The position numbers and the translations under genes are program-made. Under the pieces are notes generated by a model. That model searched no databases and was not told where the DNA came from. It worked only from the letters and a program-made list of their open reading frames with translations. From Thermoanaerobaculia bacterium (GTDB lineage: Bacteria; Acidobacteriota; Thermoanaerobaculia; Multivoradales; UBA5704), in contig JBGAGQ010000022.1 in assembly GCA_044226625.1 (NCBI GenBank), forward strand, positions 1 through 64,000: a stretch of 64,000 bases of DNA. The letters run 5' to 3'. Numbering within the stretch: position 1 is the stretch's first letter; each line of letters begins with the position of its first letter. Positions 10,101-18,658 of the stretch are shown here, piece after piece.

Positions 10101-10785
10101 GGTCGACGCCGGAAACAGCTCGGAAGACACGAACACGGTCGAAAAGAGCGCCGTGCCGACCGGGCCGATCGCGATGGGCACGTTCACCGAGACGTTCGAA
10201 GGGCCGATGGGCTTCGACAACGTCGGCTGGACGCACAACGCGGTCACGGGCGCGTCCGACTGGACGCTCTCGACCGCCCAGTCTCAGACGCCGACCCATT
10301 CCTGGAACTCGACCAGCCTCACCACGGTCTCGGATCGCGTGCTCACCTCGCCGTCGTTCATCGCGTCGGCGACCACGGTGCTCACGTTCCAGCACACCTT
10401 CGCCCTGGAGCAGAGCACCACGCCGACGACGTGCTTCGACGGCGGTACGCTCGAGACCTCGGTCGATGGTGGCGGCACCTGGGTGGTCATCCCGGACGCG
10501 GCGATCACCGCCGGGCCGTTCATCGGTACGGTGAGCTCCAGCTTCTCGAACCCGCTGGCGGGTAAGCGGGCCTGGTGCGGCAACACGGTGATCGGTCCGT
10601 TCAGCCAGGTGACGGTCAACCTCGCGGCGTTCGCGGGGCAGACGATGAAACTTCGCTGGCACGAGGGAGACGACAGCAGCGTCGCCCGCATCGGCTGGTT
10701 CGTCGACTCGGTGAGCCTCAGCAACGCCGGTACGGCGAGCGTCTGTGCCATGCCTGTCGGCCTCTCCGGGTTTACGATCGAGTAA
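7183..10785 (+). CDS. secreted zinc metalloprotease (M4/M36-like) with propeptide, FN3 repeats and a C-terminal beta-sandwich
   Basis: Signal peptide; PepSY-like 'WRARVDAITGQVI'; 'CNAYWNG'; HEXXH zinc motif 'HEYGHGLD'; 'DDDDGNLANGTPH'. Confidence 0.85.
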   Translation: MHRTVRLSTGLAVTVAALLATSASAQMMQRNEYSPLGRLATLKEALSPPASTGLLEQTSNGLAANVTGTWNGFQSEVGGTWVGYVDKRSGYLEFAEGSGWAWIPGTGNNLAKADISQFLNGADEVNLATLDRIARANLPVVGPMLGVENTDLKLSEGRSGKMADYLWYVDYDVYRGGWKIEGARVMFRINHGNLVQFGAEGVPQPTVTVPFPRLSREEAVQAVASYVGGFTDRDGLVDSGSLKMMTRAKIDTSRAERFRPGDGYSLLPVWEVSFRRKETVGTWRARVDAITGQVIEFGDVNEYAQAKEGVVLVQPSLGETSKPMPFTNISTGGFTNSAGVYTPAGAATSSMNGQYVRPVDTCGAISLAADGMNNFDFGTSPASDCSTPGFGGAGNTRSSRTQFYWVNRVKEVGRGWLPAVAWLSAQLTTNVNLNQTCNAYWNGSTLNFFRSGGGCGNTGELPSVSLHEYGHGLDSNDGTGSPPENGSGETVGDWTASLATHLSCIGSGFLGSNCGGYGNACTACTGVRDIDWAKHTANTPSTVANFTQTTCPQPNPFNPNYVGPCGSNAIGTGVTANKREGHCESYISSQALWDLANRDLPSPGTGSAWTISDRLWYLTRATTTSFFTCNTVPATWTSDGCAAGTLFRTFRVADDDDGNLANGTPHGGAIFAAFNRHNIACASDPGSNTTFAACVIPSSPTLTLTPSNNTMQLSWSSSGAGVVYDVYKNELDCNAGFIKVANDVASTSFNDPNVANFFNYNYQIVAHPTGTEACGAPPSNCATAAPLPCTAPASPTIGTATASAPNQITVSWTNGAPASDFFNVYRAVGTCAAPGPFTQVATMVAGSPYVDNSVSGGTTYAYKIAGTETTGVCESPQTTCVQATATGVCTLPPNFAGISTATNGATSTCSVGLAWAAGTAQCTGPVTYNVYRATTPGFTPMVANRIAAGVSGTSFNDPGPIANGTTYYYKVRAVDAGNSSEDTNTVEKSAVPTGPIAMGTFTETFEGPMGFDNVGWTHNAVTGASDWTLSTAQSQTPTHSWNSTSLTTVSDRVLTSPSFIASATTVLTFQHTFALEQSTTPTTCFDGGTLETSVDGGGTWVVIPDAAITAGPFIGTVSSSFSNPLAGKRAWCGNTVIGPFSQVTVNLAAFAGQTMKLRWHEGDDSSVARIGWFVDSVSLSNAGTASVCAMPVGLSGFTIE

Positions 10786-10810
10786 CGCCCGTCCTTCGAG
10801 AAGCACCCCG

Positions 10811-10844
10811 AACGCCCCCGGCGGGAACCGCCGGGGGCGTTTTT
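10811..10844 (+). terminator. rho-independent terminator
   Basis: AACGCCCCCGGCGG-GAA-CCGCCGGGGGCGTT perfect stem followed by TTT. Confidence 0.85.
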
Positions 10845-11055
10845 CATTCCGCCCCCTGACGCAACGTTCCCGCCGCTTTCTGCGTACTCCAGGCATGGAA
10901 CCTGGCCGAGCGATCGATTTTTCGAGTTTGCGGCTTCCAGTTCACCCCGTAGTTTCCCGTTTTCCTCCCCGGCTGATCGAAGCTCAACCCGTCCGACGCC
11001 AATTGATCAGGATTTTGATAGTGAGGCCGAATTCGTGCCCGTATGCTTTCGCAGC

Positions 11056-12144
11056 ATGAGTAACCGTGACGCCACCTCCGCCTCGGCCGACCGTCCCGTT
11101 CCTGGGATCGATATCGACTGGCTCTTCATCTCCTGCAGCTTGCGGATCTCACGCTGGCGGTGCCGCTCGGAGAGTCCCGCGCTCTCAGCGGAGCGGAGCC
11201 AGCCTTGGCACGTCCTCGGTTTCACCCACTCCGGCGCTTTCGTGATGCACGCGGAAGGGCGGAAGGTCGTCGTCGACGCCAACACCGTCATGATGACCAG
11301 TCCAGGCCTGCCCTATCGGACGGCCCACCCGTTCGGATGCGGCGACCGAGGAAGCTCCTTGGTCCTCCGTCCGGAGGTTCTGCGGGAGATCGTCGGCCGT
11401 TACGACATGTCGCGCGTGGAGCGCGATCCCGAGACCTTCCGATTTCCCGCATCTCACGCGCTCTGCTCGCCAATGGGGTATCTCCTGCAACGGTTGCTGT
11501 TCGAGCTGCTCTCGCGGCCGAGCGGGGCGGACCTGATGCGAATCGAGGAGACCGGCCTGGCGCTGGCCGAATCGGCGATCCGGGAGTGTTTCCGCGGCAC
11601 CGCTTCCGCCAAGCGGCAAGTGCGGGCCGCCACCGCTCGCCAGCATCGGGAATGCGTCGAGGCGGTCAAAGGGCTCCTGGTCGCCCGTTTCCGAGAGCCG
11701 CTTCGGCTCGACGACTTGGCGCTCGAATTGAACGTCTCGTCCTGCCACTTGGCGCGGGTGTTCAAACGCGAGACGGGCCTGCCGATTCATCGCTACCTGA
11801 ACCGACTCCGGCTCCGCTCGGCGCTCGAGGAGCTACCGGAGTGCGGCCGTGACCTCACCAGCCTGGCCTTCGACCTCGGCTTCTCGAGCCACAGCCATTT
11901 CTCTGCTAGCTTCGGCCAGGAGTTCGGGCTCACCCCGTCCCAAGTCCAGCAAATCGCGCACTCCGGACATCTACCCGAGAGCTTCGAGCGACGGAATCGG
12001 ATCCGGTCCCGGCCGATGGCGGCTCAGGGGGTGGGCGGGTGGTCCGGCTCGCCGCGATCGGTGTCGTCGGCGCCCGCTGGGCCGAGCCGCGATGCGACCG
12101 CCGCGTACTTGGTGTCGAGGGTGTCCCAAAGAGCCGCGAGCTGA
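11056..12144 (+). CDS. AraC family transcriptional regulator
   Basis: Double HTH 'LDDLALELNVSSCHLARVFKRETG...LAFDLGFSSHSHFSASFGQEFGLTPS'; N-terminal cupin-like region. Confidence 0.9.
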   Translation: MSNRDATSASADRPVPGIDIDWLFISCSLRISRWRCRSESPALSAERSQPWHVLGFTHSGAFVMHAEGRKVVVDANTVMMTSPGLPYRTAHPFGCGDRGSSLVLRPEVLREIVGRYDMSRVERDPETFRFPASHALCSPMGYLLQRLLFELLSRPSGADLMRIEETGLALAESAIRECFRGTASAKRQVRAATARQHRECVEAVKGLLVARFREPLRLDDLALELNVSSCHLARVFKRETGLPIHRYLNRLRLRSALEELPECGRDLTSLAFDLGFSSHSHFSASFGQEFGLTPSQVQQIAHSGHLPESFERRNRIRSRPMAAQGVGGWSGSPRSVSSAPAGPSRDATAAYLVSRVSQRAAS

Positions 12145-12986
12145 TCGAGTCGGAAGCCCAGCTCCTCGGTCCAGTGCTCTCCCTTGACCGGCTCGAACTT
12201 GACGCCGGAGAGGCGATACGAGAGCCCGTCGAACCGCAATGGCACCGTACCGACGAGAATTTTCGCGGCGAGCATCTCCGCCCCTTCGGCCACGAGGCGG
12301 TGGAGTTCGTTGAGCACGCCTCCTGCCAGGGTCACTTTCGCCTCCCGGGTCGCGAGCCGCACCGAGCCGGTCTCCGGTTCGATCAGCACCTCAGGATCCT
12401 CGAGCAGCGCGCGGAGAAAGCGGCAGCCGAGCACCGACTGGCCGGGCTCCTTCGGAATCACGATGTCGCTCGACTCGTCGGCCTCGGGCGCGTTGTCGAG
12501 CCAGGGCGCCTTGAACTCGGTCGCCACTCCGGCTTGACGCAGCAAGGCGAGCACTGTGCCGAGGGCCGTCTTGGCGACGCTCCCCACGAAGAGAACGCCG
12601 TTGTCGAGGACGCATTCGACGATTCGCGTCCGCGGTCGCTGGCCGATCAGGAATTCTTGCTCGGCGAGCGCGCGCAGCTCTTTGCGACGCTTTCCTCCTA
12701 CGTAGGGCCGCCCGGTGATCTCGATCTCGGATTTGACCAGGGAGGCGACCCTCTCCCGTACCGCGGCGGCATCGGGCGTCCGCTTGTCGACCCGGACCCG
12801 AAAGGCCCAACGCCTTACGCCCACCTCATAAGGAACGTCGAGCTCGAACGGCATGAAGCCGTAGCGCTCTCGGACCTCCGAGCCGGGCTCGATATCCCGG
12901 AACGGCGCGGCGTCGAAATCGGGTCCTTCGGGAGGAACGGCGGCGTTGAAACGGGTGCAGGCGACGGCACCGTGGAGCAATCCCAT
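12024..12986 (-). CDS. RdgC-like recombination-associated protein (putative)
   Basis: ATG at 12986 (MGLLHGAVACTRF); 'WAFRVRVDKR..AAAVRE..E...GR..GGKRRKELR' resembles the RdgC family. Confidence 0.55.
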   Translation of the reverse strand: MGLLHGAVACTRFNAAVPPEGPDFDAAPFRDIEPGSEVRERYGFMPFELDVPYEVGVRRWAFRVRVDKRTPDAAAVRERVASLVKSEIEITGRPYVGGKRRKELRALAEQEFLIGQRPRTRIVECVLDNGVLFVGSVAKTALGTVLALLRQAGVATEFKAPWLDNAPEADESSDIVIPKEPGQSVLGCRFLRALLEDPEVLIEPETGSVRLATREAKVTLAGGVLNELHRLVAEGAEMLAAKILVGTVPLRFDGLSYRLSGVKFEPVKGEHWTEELGFRLDQLAALWDTLDTKYAAVASRLGPAGADDTDRGEPDHPPTP

Positions 12987-13112
12987 GCGCTTGGTCTCCG
13001 GGAGATGGGGCGAAAGGTGAGCGGAACCTGAAACTCCCCGAGATCCTATCGCGGGCCTCCATGCTATGTTGGTTCCCTCGAACACTTGAGCCTGTTTCTG
13101 GGAGGATTCCTC

Positions 13113-14222
13113 ATGACATCGACCGGCGCCCGGCGTGGTCTTTCCGGCTTGAGCTTGGCCCTTCTCGTCGTTCTCGCCTGCGGTCCCAAGGCGGAACCGC
13201 CGGCCGCCTCCCCTGCCACCGCCGACCCCGCCGCGGCCCAGAAACCTCCCTTGGCCGATTCCCTCAAAGTCGTCTGCTGGGACGACTACATCACCCCCGC
13301 GGTCTCGCAAGACTTTCAGAAAGAGTTCGGGGTTCGGCTCGACGTCGAGTTCATCAACAACAACGAGGAAGTGCTGGACCGCTTGGCGAAGGGGGAGTCC
13401 TGGGATGTCTGGACGCCGAGCGATTACGCGGTCCAGGCGGCCGCGGAAAAGAACCTGCTCGCGCCCCTCGACAAGAGCGCGATTCCCAACCTCGTCAACG
13501 TGGGCCGGCGCTTCCAGAACGCGATCTACGATCGGGAGTTCCATTACTCCGTGCCGTTCTACTGGGGAACGACGGGTCTCGGATACGACAAGAAGGTCTT
13601 CCCGTCGCCTCCTGAAAGCTGGGGTTACGTCTTCGACCCGAAACGTCGCGCCAAGGCGGCAGGTCGGATCAGCCTCCTCGACGACATGCGTGAGGCGTTC
13701 TCCATCGCGCTGATTTTCCTGGGCTACGATCCGAATTCGACCGACCCCGCGGCCCTCGTCAAAGCTCGCGACCTCCTGATCGCCACCAAGCCCGCCCTGT
13801 CCGGCCTGGACAGCGAGAGCTACGAAGACAACCTGGGATCCGGCAAGGTCGTCCTCACCCACGGATGGAGCGGAGACCTCTCTCAGATCGTGGCGGAGGA
13901 TCCCAACAAGGGATTCGCTCTCCCCAAGGAAGGCTTCATGCTCTGGGTCGACAATCTCGCCATTCCCGCCGCGAGCCAGAAGAAGGCGACCGCAGAGGTG
14001 CTGATCGACTATCTGCTTCGCCCAGAAGTTTCGGCCAAGCTCACCAACGCCAACCGAAATCCGACCACGGTCCCCGCGGCGCGTCCGATGATCGATCCCA
14101 AAGTCCTCGATAGTCCGTCCTACCAGTTACCGGAGGATCGCCCCTTCCACGTCATCCGCTATCTCGGCCAAGACACGGCGAAGGTGGAAAAACTGTGGCA
14201 GGAGGTCCTCCAAGCCAAGTAG
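13113..14222 (+). CDS. spermidine/putrescine ABC transporter substrate-binding lipoprotein (PotD/PotF family)
   Basis: GGAGG RBS; lipobox VLAC; 'WDDYI', 'PSDY', 'YSVPFYWGTTG', 'WSGD', 'PKEG..LWVDN'. Confidence 0.9.
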   Translation: MTSTGARRGLSGLSLALLVVLACGPKAEPPAASPATADPAAAQKPPLADSLKVVCWDDYITPAVSQDFQKEFGVRLDVEFINNNEEVLDRLAKGESWDVWTPSDYAVQAAAEKNLLAPLDKSAIPNLVNVGRRFQNAIYDREFHYSVPFYWGTTGLGYDKKVFPSPPESWGYVFDPKRRAKAAGRISLLDDMREAFSIALIFLGYDPNSTDPAALVKARDLLIATKPALSGLDSESYEDNLGSGKVVLTHGWSGDLSQIVAEDPNKGFALPKEGFMLWVDNLAIPAASQKKATAEVLIDYLLRPEVSAKLTNANRNPTTVPAARPMIDPKVLDSPSYQLPEDRPFHVIRYLGQDTAKVEKLWQEVLQAK

Positions 14223-14273
14223 GTGACCGCGGAGACGATCGGGATACAGGCCGTCGCGGATCCGCTCGGCGCC

Positions 14274-14533
14274 GTGCCAGAGAGCGACTTTCCAGATCAG
14301 CAAGTGATTTCCTGGGGCCCGGAAGTGATCTCAAAGCCAGGAAGTGACTTCCCACGCCAGGAAGTGACTTCCCAGCCCAGGAAGTGACTTCCCACGCCAG
14401 GAAGTGACTTCCCAGGCCAGGAAGTGACTTCCCACGCCAGGAAGTGACTTCCCACGCCAGGAAGTGACTTCCCAAGCCAGGAAGTGACTTCCCGGGCCAG
14501 GAAGTGACTTCCTACGCCAGGAAGTGACTTCCT
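14274..14533. repeat. 20-bp tandem repeat array with palindromic core GGAAGTGACTTCC
   Basis: Ten exact 13-bp cores at 14340, 14360 ... 14520, plus about three degenerate units to the left. Confidence 0.95.
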
Positions 14534-14635
14534 GCGACCGAGGACGGCCATCGGTGCCGGGAAGTCGATCTCCGTGGCCCGAAGAGCAATCTGCCCGAGA
14601 TCTAAAGCGGTATTCGCCGACGCCCGAAGGCCGAC

Positions 14636-15124
14636 CTACGCTCGCCGGCGGTGCAGCACTTCCTCGAGCAGCCCCGGGTTTTTGTGGATCGAGACAAGGA
14701 GGTAGCAGCGCCAGCGGCGCCATTGGATGGGGATGACCACGGTCTTCATGTGGCGGGGAAGTGTGATCTCGTCGAGCTGGCCGCGGAGGACGATCGGGAC
14801 GGAGATCAGGAACTCCGAGCCGAAGAATTTGCGGGCGTTGCCGGCGATGGTGTTCGCGATCTCTCCCACCAGGTCGGCTTGGTTGGCCGTTCCCTGATCC
14901 GTTTCTCCGAAGCTCTGAAGCAGGTCGACGAGCGGTTCGCTCGCGGCGGTGAAGTAGACGGCTCCGCGGTGACGCCCCGAGATGCCGATTACCCCGGTGT
15001 ACTCGAGCGCGACCGATTCGTCCCCTTTGAGGTAGGGAGCGTCGACCGCCGCGGGCGAACCGGTGACGCGTTCGAAGTAGTTCAGCGCGCCGTCGATGAA
15101 CACCTTGATCTCTTCGTCCGTCAT
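14636..15124 (-). CDS. cheX: chemotaxis phosphatase CheX family protein
   Basis: 'YTGVIGISG', 'DLVGEIANTIAGN', 'ISVPIV' CheC/CheX signature. Confidence 0.85.
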   Translation of the reverse strand: MTDEEIKVFIDGALNYFERVTGSPAAVDAPYLKGDESVALEYTGVIGISGRHRGAVYFTAASEPLVDLLQSFGETDQGTANQADLVGEIANTIAGNARKFFGSEFLISVPIVLRGQLDEITLPRHMKTVVIPIQWRRWRCYLLVSIHKNPGLLEEVLHRRRA

Positions 15125-15501
15125 TGCGGCGCCTCGATCAGGTTGCGCAGCGCCTGGTTGAGGTCGTTCTCCGAAAAAGGTTTGAACACGTACTCGTTCG
15201 CTCCGCGTTCCACCGCTTCGATCGCGGTTTCGGCGTCGCCCAGCGCCGAGATGACCATGATCCGAGTCTCGGGCTGAATCGCCATGATCTTCGACACGCA
15301 GGTAAGGCCGTCCATCTCCGGCATGGTGATGTCCATGGTGACGAAGTCGGGGCGGTGCTCGAGGAACATCTCGATCGCCTCCCGGCCGTTGGCCGCCTGG
15401 AGCACGGTCGAGATTTTGGGCATTTTGAGGTTGCGCTCGATCGAACGACGGACCACGCTCGAATCGTCCACGATTAAAAGTTTCAAGAGAGGGTCCTCCA
15501 A
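15121..15501 (-). CDS. CheY-like single-domain response regulator
   Basis: 'LIVDDS', 'TMDITMPEMDG', 'ISA', 'KPF' receiver motifs. Confidence 0.9.
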   Translation of the reverse strand: MEDPLLKLLIVDDSSVVRRSIERNLKMPKISTVLQAANGREAIEMFLEHRPDFVTMDITMPEMDGLTCVSKIMAIQPETRIMVISALGDAETAIEAVERGANEYVFKPFSENDLNQALRNLIEAPQ

Positions 15502-15513
15502 AATCTCACCCGA

Positions 15514-18420
15514 TCACGCCGTCGGTACGACGATCTCGATCTCGCAAAATTGGCCGGGCCTCTGGCGGATTTGGATCTCGCCGCCGAGGCTGTGGACCTG
15601 ATCGCGCACAGCGGAGAGGCCGAAACCCCTTCCGGAGTCCATCGTCACGTCGTCGCTGGTCGAGAAACCGGGATGGAAGAGGAGAGCGTCGAGCTCTTCG
15701 ACCTTCCATCGGTTGTTCTGGCGATCGATCAACCGATCGAGCAGGGTAGGCTGCACCTTGGCTAGCTCCTTGGCTCGTTCGACGATCTTCTTGTAATCGA
15801 GCCCGCGGCCGTCGTCTCGGAAGACCACCACGGTCTTGCCGCCGTCCTTAGCGTGAGTGGCGAAGCGGATCTCGCCCTCTTCGGGCTTTCCGGTGGTCTT
15901 TCGTTCGTCGACGGTCTCGATCCCGTGAACCAGGGAATTGCGAACGAGTTGGGCCAGGATGTTCTTGAGCGGCGCCTTGATTCGGAACGGGATCCGCGCG
16001 CCGTCCGTCTCGAAGTGGAAGGCGACTTTCTTCCCTTGCTTTTCGGCCAGGTCGTCGATGAAGCGTTCGACCACACCGGCCAGCGCTTCTCCGTCGCTCC
16101 GGCCGGCCTCGCTGCTGCGCTGCACCTCGCTGAAGCGTTGGATGACGCCGCGCACCTCGGTGAGGCTGTCGACCAGCTCGGAGAGCTCGAGCACGATCGG
16201 AACGAAGTCGTTGCCTTCGAGCGTGGGCCGGGCCTTGAGCTCGGCGAGCTTCGATTCGAAGCGATGGGCGCTTTGGGCGAAATAGTCGATTCGGAGCATC
16301 GCCGCCGTTCCCTTGATCGTATGGACGCTCTGGAAAACCTGATCGGCGAGCCGACGGTAGACGGCCTGGCGCTCGGCGGGGCCCTGACCTTCGGCACGTC
16401 CCGCACGTAGGATCGAGTTCGCTCTCTCGAGCTCGGCGTGGGCGCCTTCGATGAAGTCGCGCAACATCTCGGGCTCGACGTGCATGATCGACAGGAGCAG
16501 CTCGGCCTGGCGCTCCATCCGCTGTTTCGACTCGGCGAGCTCGCGGGCGAGCGCCACCTTGGCCGTCACGTCGGAGACCGTGACCATCGCCTGGCGGATC
16601 TCGTCACCCTCCCGGATCCGCTCGAAGGAGAAGGCAAGGAACTTCGGCTGGAGCTGGCCGTGCTCGTCGGGGAACGCGGCTTCGATCTCCTTGAGCGGGT
16701 TGATCTTCGCCACCACGCTGTCGGTCTTCGTCGGGTTGAACAGCAGCTTCAGGAAGCGCACGGTGAGGTCGTGGGTCTTCGCCGGCGTGATCTTTTGAAG
16801 GAGTTCGAGGAAATCGCCGCCGCCGAGCTCGTCCGCCCCGAGGATCTGACGTAGCGCGGCGGAGTACTTCGGCGCGATCTTGAGCTCGGGATCGAGCAGG
16901 AAGAGGCCCTCGGCGACCGATCCCATGATGGTGTCGGTCATCTGAAGGCTCTGGGCGAGCTCGGCGTTCTTGCTTTCGAGCGTCTGGGCGTTGCCCCGGA
17001 GCCGGCCGACCATTTCGTTGAACGAATCGGCGAGCTGGCCCAGCTCGTCTTTGCCGATCACCCGCGCCATGGCGGCGAGATCGCCGTCTCGGACTCGCGT
17101 CGCCGTGGCCGAGAGGTCGGTCACCGGCCGGATCAGGCGACGGCGCAGGAACAGATAGGCGAGGGCGAGCACCGGCAGGATGATCCCGGCGAGGGCGAGA
17201 ACCAGCAGGCGAGAGATGGTGGTCGCCACCCCTTCGGCCGCCGCCACCGGGATGACGTACACGAGCTTCCAGTAGGAACCGGGAACGTGGAACAGGAAGG
17301 CGAGGGAGCGCTGGCCGCTCACCGGATCGTCCGCGACCTCGGTGGTCGAGTAGAGGTTGCCTCGCTCCTGGCTCTGAGGTCCGAGCGGATCCACCAGGGT
17401 CGCCGCGATGTATTCGGCTTCGGCCGCGTCGATCGCGTAGCTCGCTTGGTCGATCTTCCCCGCGGCCGTGGAGTCGAATCCCCGGGTCGTCCGGGCCCGG
17501 GTGAGCACGTCCCGGTCCATCGTGCGGAGGGCCTCGGCGATCGGCGCGAATCGCGGCTCTTTCTTCGCGAACGCCTCGGCGGTGAGGAAGTTCTCGGGCC
17601 GGTTGCCCTTCTCGTCGATTCCGATCGTGGTGACCATCTCGACCTTCGGGAAGGTCAAGAACCGGTCGTTTCGGTCGAGCAGGAAAACGTATCCGCCCCC
17701 CGCCTTCTGCCAACTCGCCACCAGATTCGAGAGACCGGCGAGCTGGAGATCGACGGTCGTCGCGCCCAGGAAGCGACCGTCTTCGAAGACCCCTGTGGAG
17801 CACGTGACCTTGGGCGTCAGGGTGTAGGGATCGGTATAAGCTCCGCTCCAGAAGACGCTACCCGGCGCGCGAAATTTGAGCGGAACGTACCACTCTTCAT
17901 TGTGGTATCCGGGTCCGAACGTCTCGTTGTAACCGTTCGTCGCAACGAGGGACCCACGAGGGTCGCGCCCCCAGAAGAAGCTTCGGCGATCGATCCCGGG
18001 TATGAAAGCTTGCGGCTCCGGCCAGAATCCGCCGCCTGCGATCCCCGGGTCTCGGCCGAGGTCGAGCAGCGGGGGCAGCGTTTGAACCACCACGCCTTCG
18101 TCCTTCGGTAGTCCCTCGGTCACCTTGGCCACCGTACGGACCAGTGTGGAAATCTCGTGGGAACGGCGCTCCAGCTCGGCGACGCGCCGGTTGCCCGCCT
18201 CCTCGATGCGCCGCTTCGTCTCCGCGATCACCAGGCGTTTGCCGTAGGTGTTCATGATCAGGATGATGCTCGCGAGGAGGAGGGCGAACAGTACGCCCAG
18301 CCATAGGAGCGATTCGAGCACCAGCCGGCCGCGGATAGGCCGGGATGGAACGGCGCCGGGCTTCGCTTCGATTTGCGAAGCTGGTGCGCCGCCCTGGAGC
18401 GGTGTGGGGCTGTCGCTCAT
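15514..18420 (-). CDS. membrane-bound CheA-like (class III) histidine kinase: TM-Cache-TM-HAMP-PAS-like-HPt-HATPase
   Basis: Two TM segments around a Cache-like region ('EEWY','WSGAYTDPYT'); HAMP 'DELGQLADSFNEM'; HPt 'VHTIKG'; CheA-type ATPase 'QLVRNSLVHGIE','DDGRGL','PGFST','SGRGFGL'; no CheW domain. Confidence 0.85.
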   Translation of the reverse strand: MSDSPTPLQGGAPASQIEAKPGAVPSRPIRGRLVLESLLWLGVLFALLLASIILIMNTYGKRLVIAETKRRIEEAGNRRVAELERRSHEISTLVRTVAKVTEGLPKDEGVVVQTLPPLLDLGRDPGIAGGGFWPEPQAFIPGIDRRSFFWGRDPRGSLVATNGYNETFGPGYHNEEWYVPLKFRAPGSVFWSGAYTDPYTLTPKVTCSTGVFEDGRFLGATTVDLQLAGLSNLVASWQKAGGGYVFLLDRNDRFLTFPKVEMVTTIGIDEKGNRPENFLTAEAFAKKEPRFAPIAEALRTMDRDVLTRARTTRGFDSTAAGKIDQASYAIDAAEAEYIAATLVDPLGPQSQERGNLYSTTEVADDPVSGQRSLAFLFHVPGSYWKLVYVIPVAAAEGVATTISRLLVLALAGIILPVLALAYLFLRRRLIRPVTDLSATATRVRDGDLAAMARVIGKDELGQLADSFNEMVGRLRGNAQTLESKNAELAQSLQMTDTIMGSVAEGLFLLDPELKIAPKYSAALRQILGADELGGGDFLELLQKITPAKTHDLTVRFLKLLFNPTKTDSVVAKINPLKEIEAAFPDEHGQLQPKFLAFSFERIREGDEIRQAMVTVSDVTAKVALARELAESKQRMERQAELLLSIMHVEPEMLRDFIEGAHAELERANSILRAGRAEGQGPAERQAVYRRLADQVFQSVHTIKGTAAMLRIDYFAQSAHRFESKLAELKARPTLEGNDFVPIVLELSELVDSLTEVRGVIQRFSEVQRSSEAGRSDGEALAGVVERFIDDLAEKQGKKVAFHFETDGARIPFRIKAPLKNILAQLVRNSLVHGIETVDERKTTGKPEEGEIRFATHAKDGGKTVVVFRDDGRGLDYKKIVERAKELAKVQPTLLDRLIDRQNNRWKVEELDALLFHPGFSTSDDVTMDSGRGFGLSAVRDQVHSLGGEIQIRQRPGQFCEIEIVVPTA

Positions 18421-18658
18421 TCCTCTCCTTCGAGCACAGGCTTACGGATTGCGAAACCGGCGTGGCAGTGCGAAAAAAGATGACCGGACAAAGACAACTA
18501 AAATCTTATCATCTCCTCCCGATCTGCCGGCTCTTCGAGTGTGAGGTAATGTGCCCACCGACGATTTGAGCCGTGCCAGGGAGGAAACGGAGCGGGGCGA
18601 TCCTTCGGCCCCTCCGAAGCGGAGCGCGGGCCCTCGGGTGCGGCCAGAGGCTTGAGAG

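Noticed and set aside
4105-10896. Long antisense ORFs (4105-6900, 7252-8928, 8980-10896) and similar ones elsewhere (e.g. 20345-22873)
   Set aside because: They are shadow ORFs caused by high GC3 codon bias opposite well-supported genes; the translations are Arg/Gly/Ala-rich with no motifs.
12024-12144. 121-bp convergent overlap of the AraC and RdgC-like 3' ends
   Set aside because: Both tails are low-complexity; stop-codon drift of this kind is common in GC-rich genomes.
14152-14723. ORFs with repeating 'WEVTSWRGKSLPGVGSHFLA' peptides, and a CRISPR or TIGR-array interpretation of the repeat
   Set aside because: The ORFs are translations of the 20-bp DNA repeat in several frames. The variable part is only about 4 nt, too short for spacers, and no cas or tas gene is nearby.
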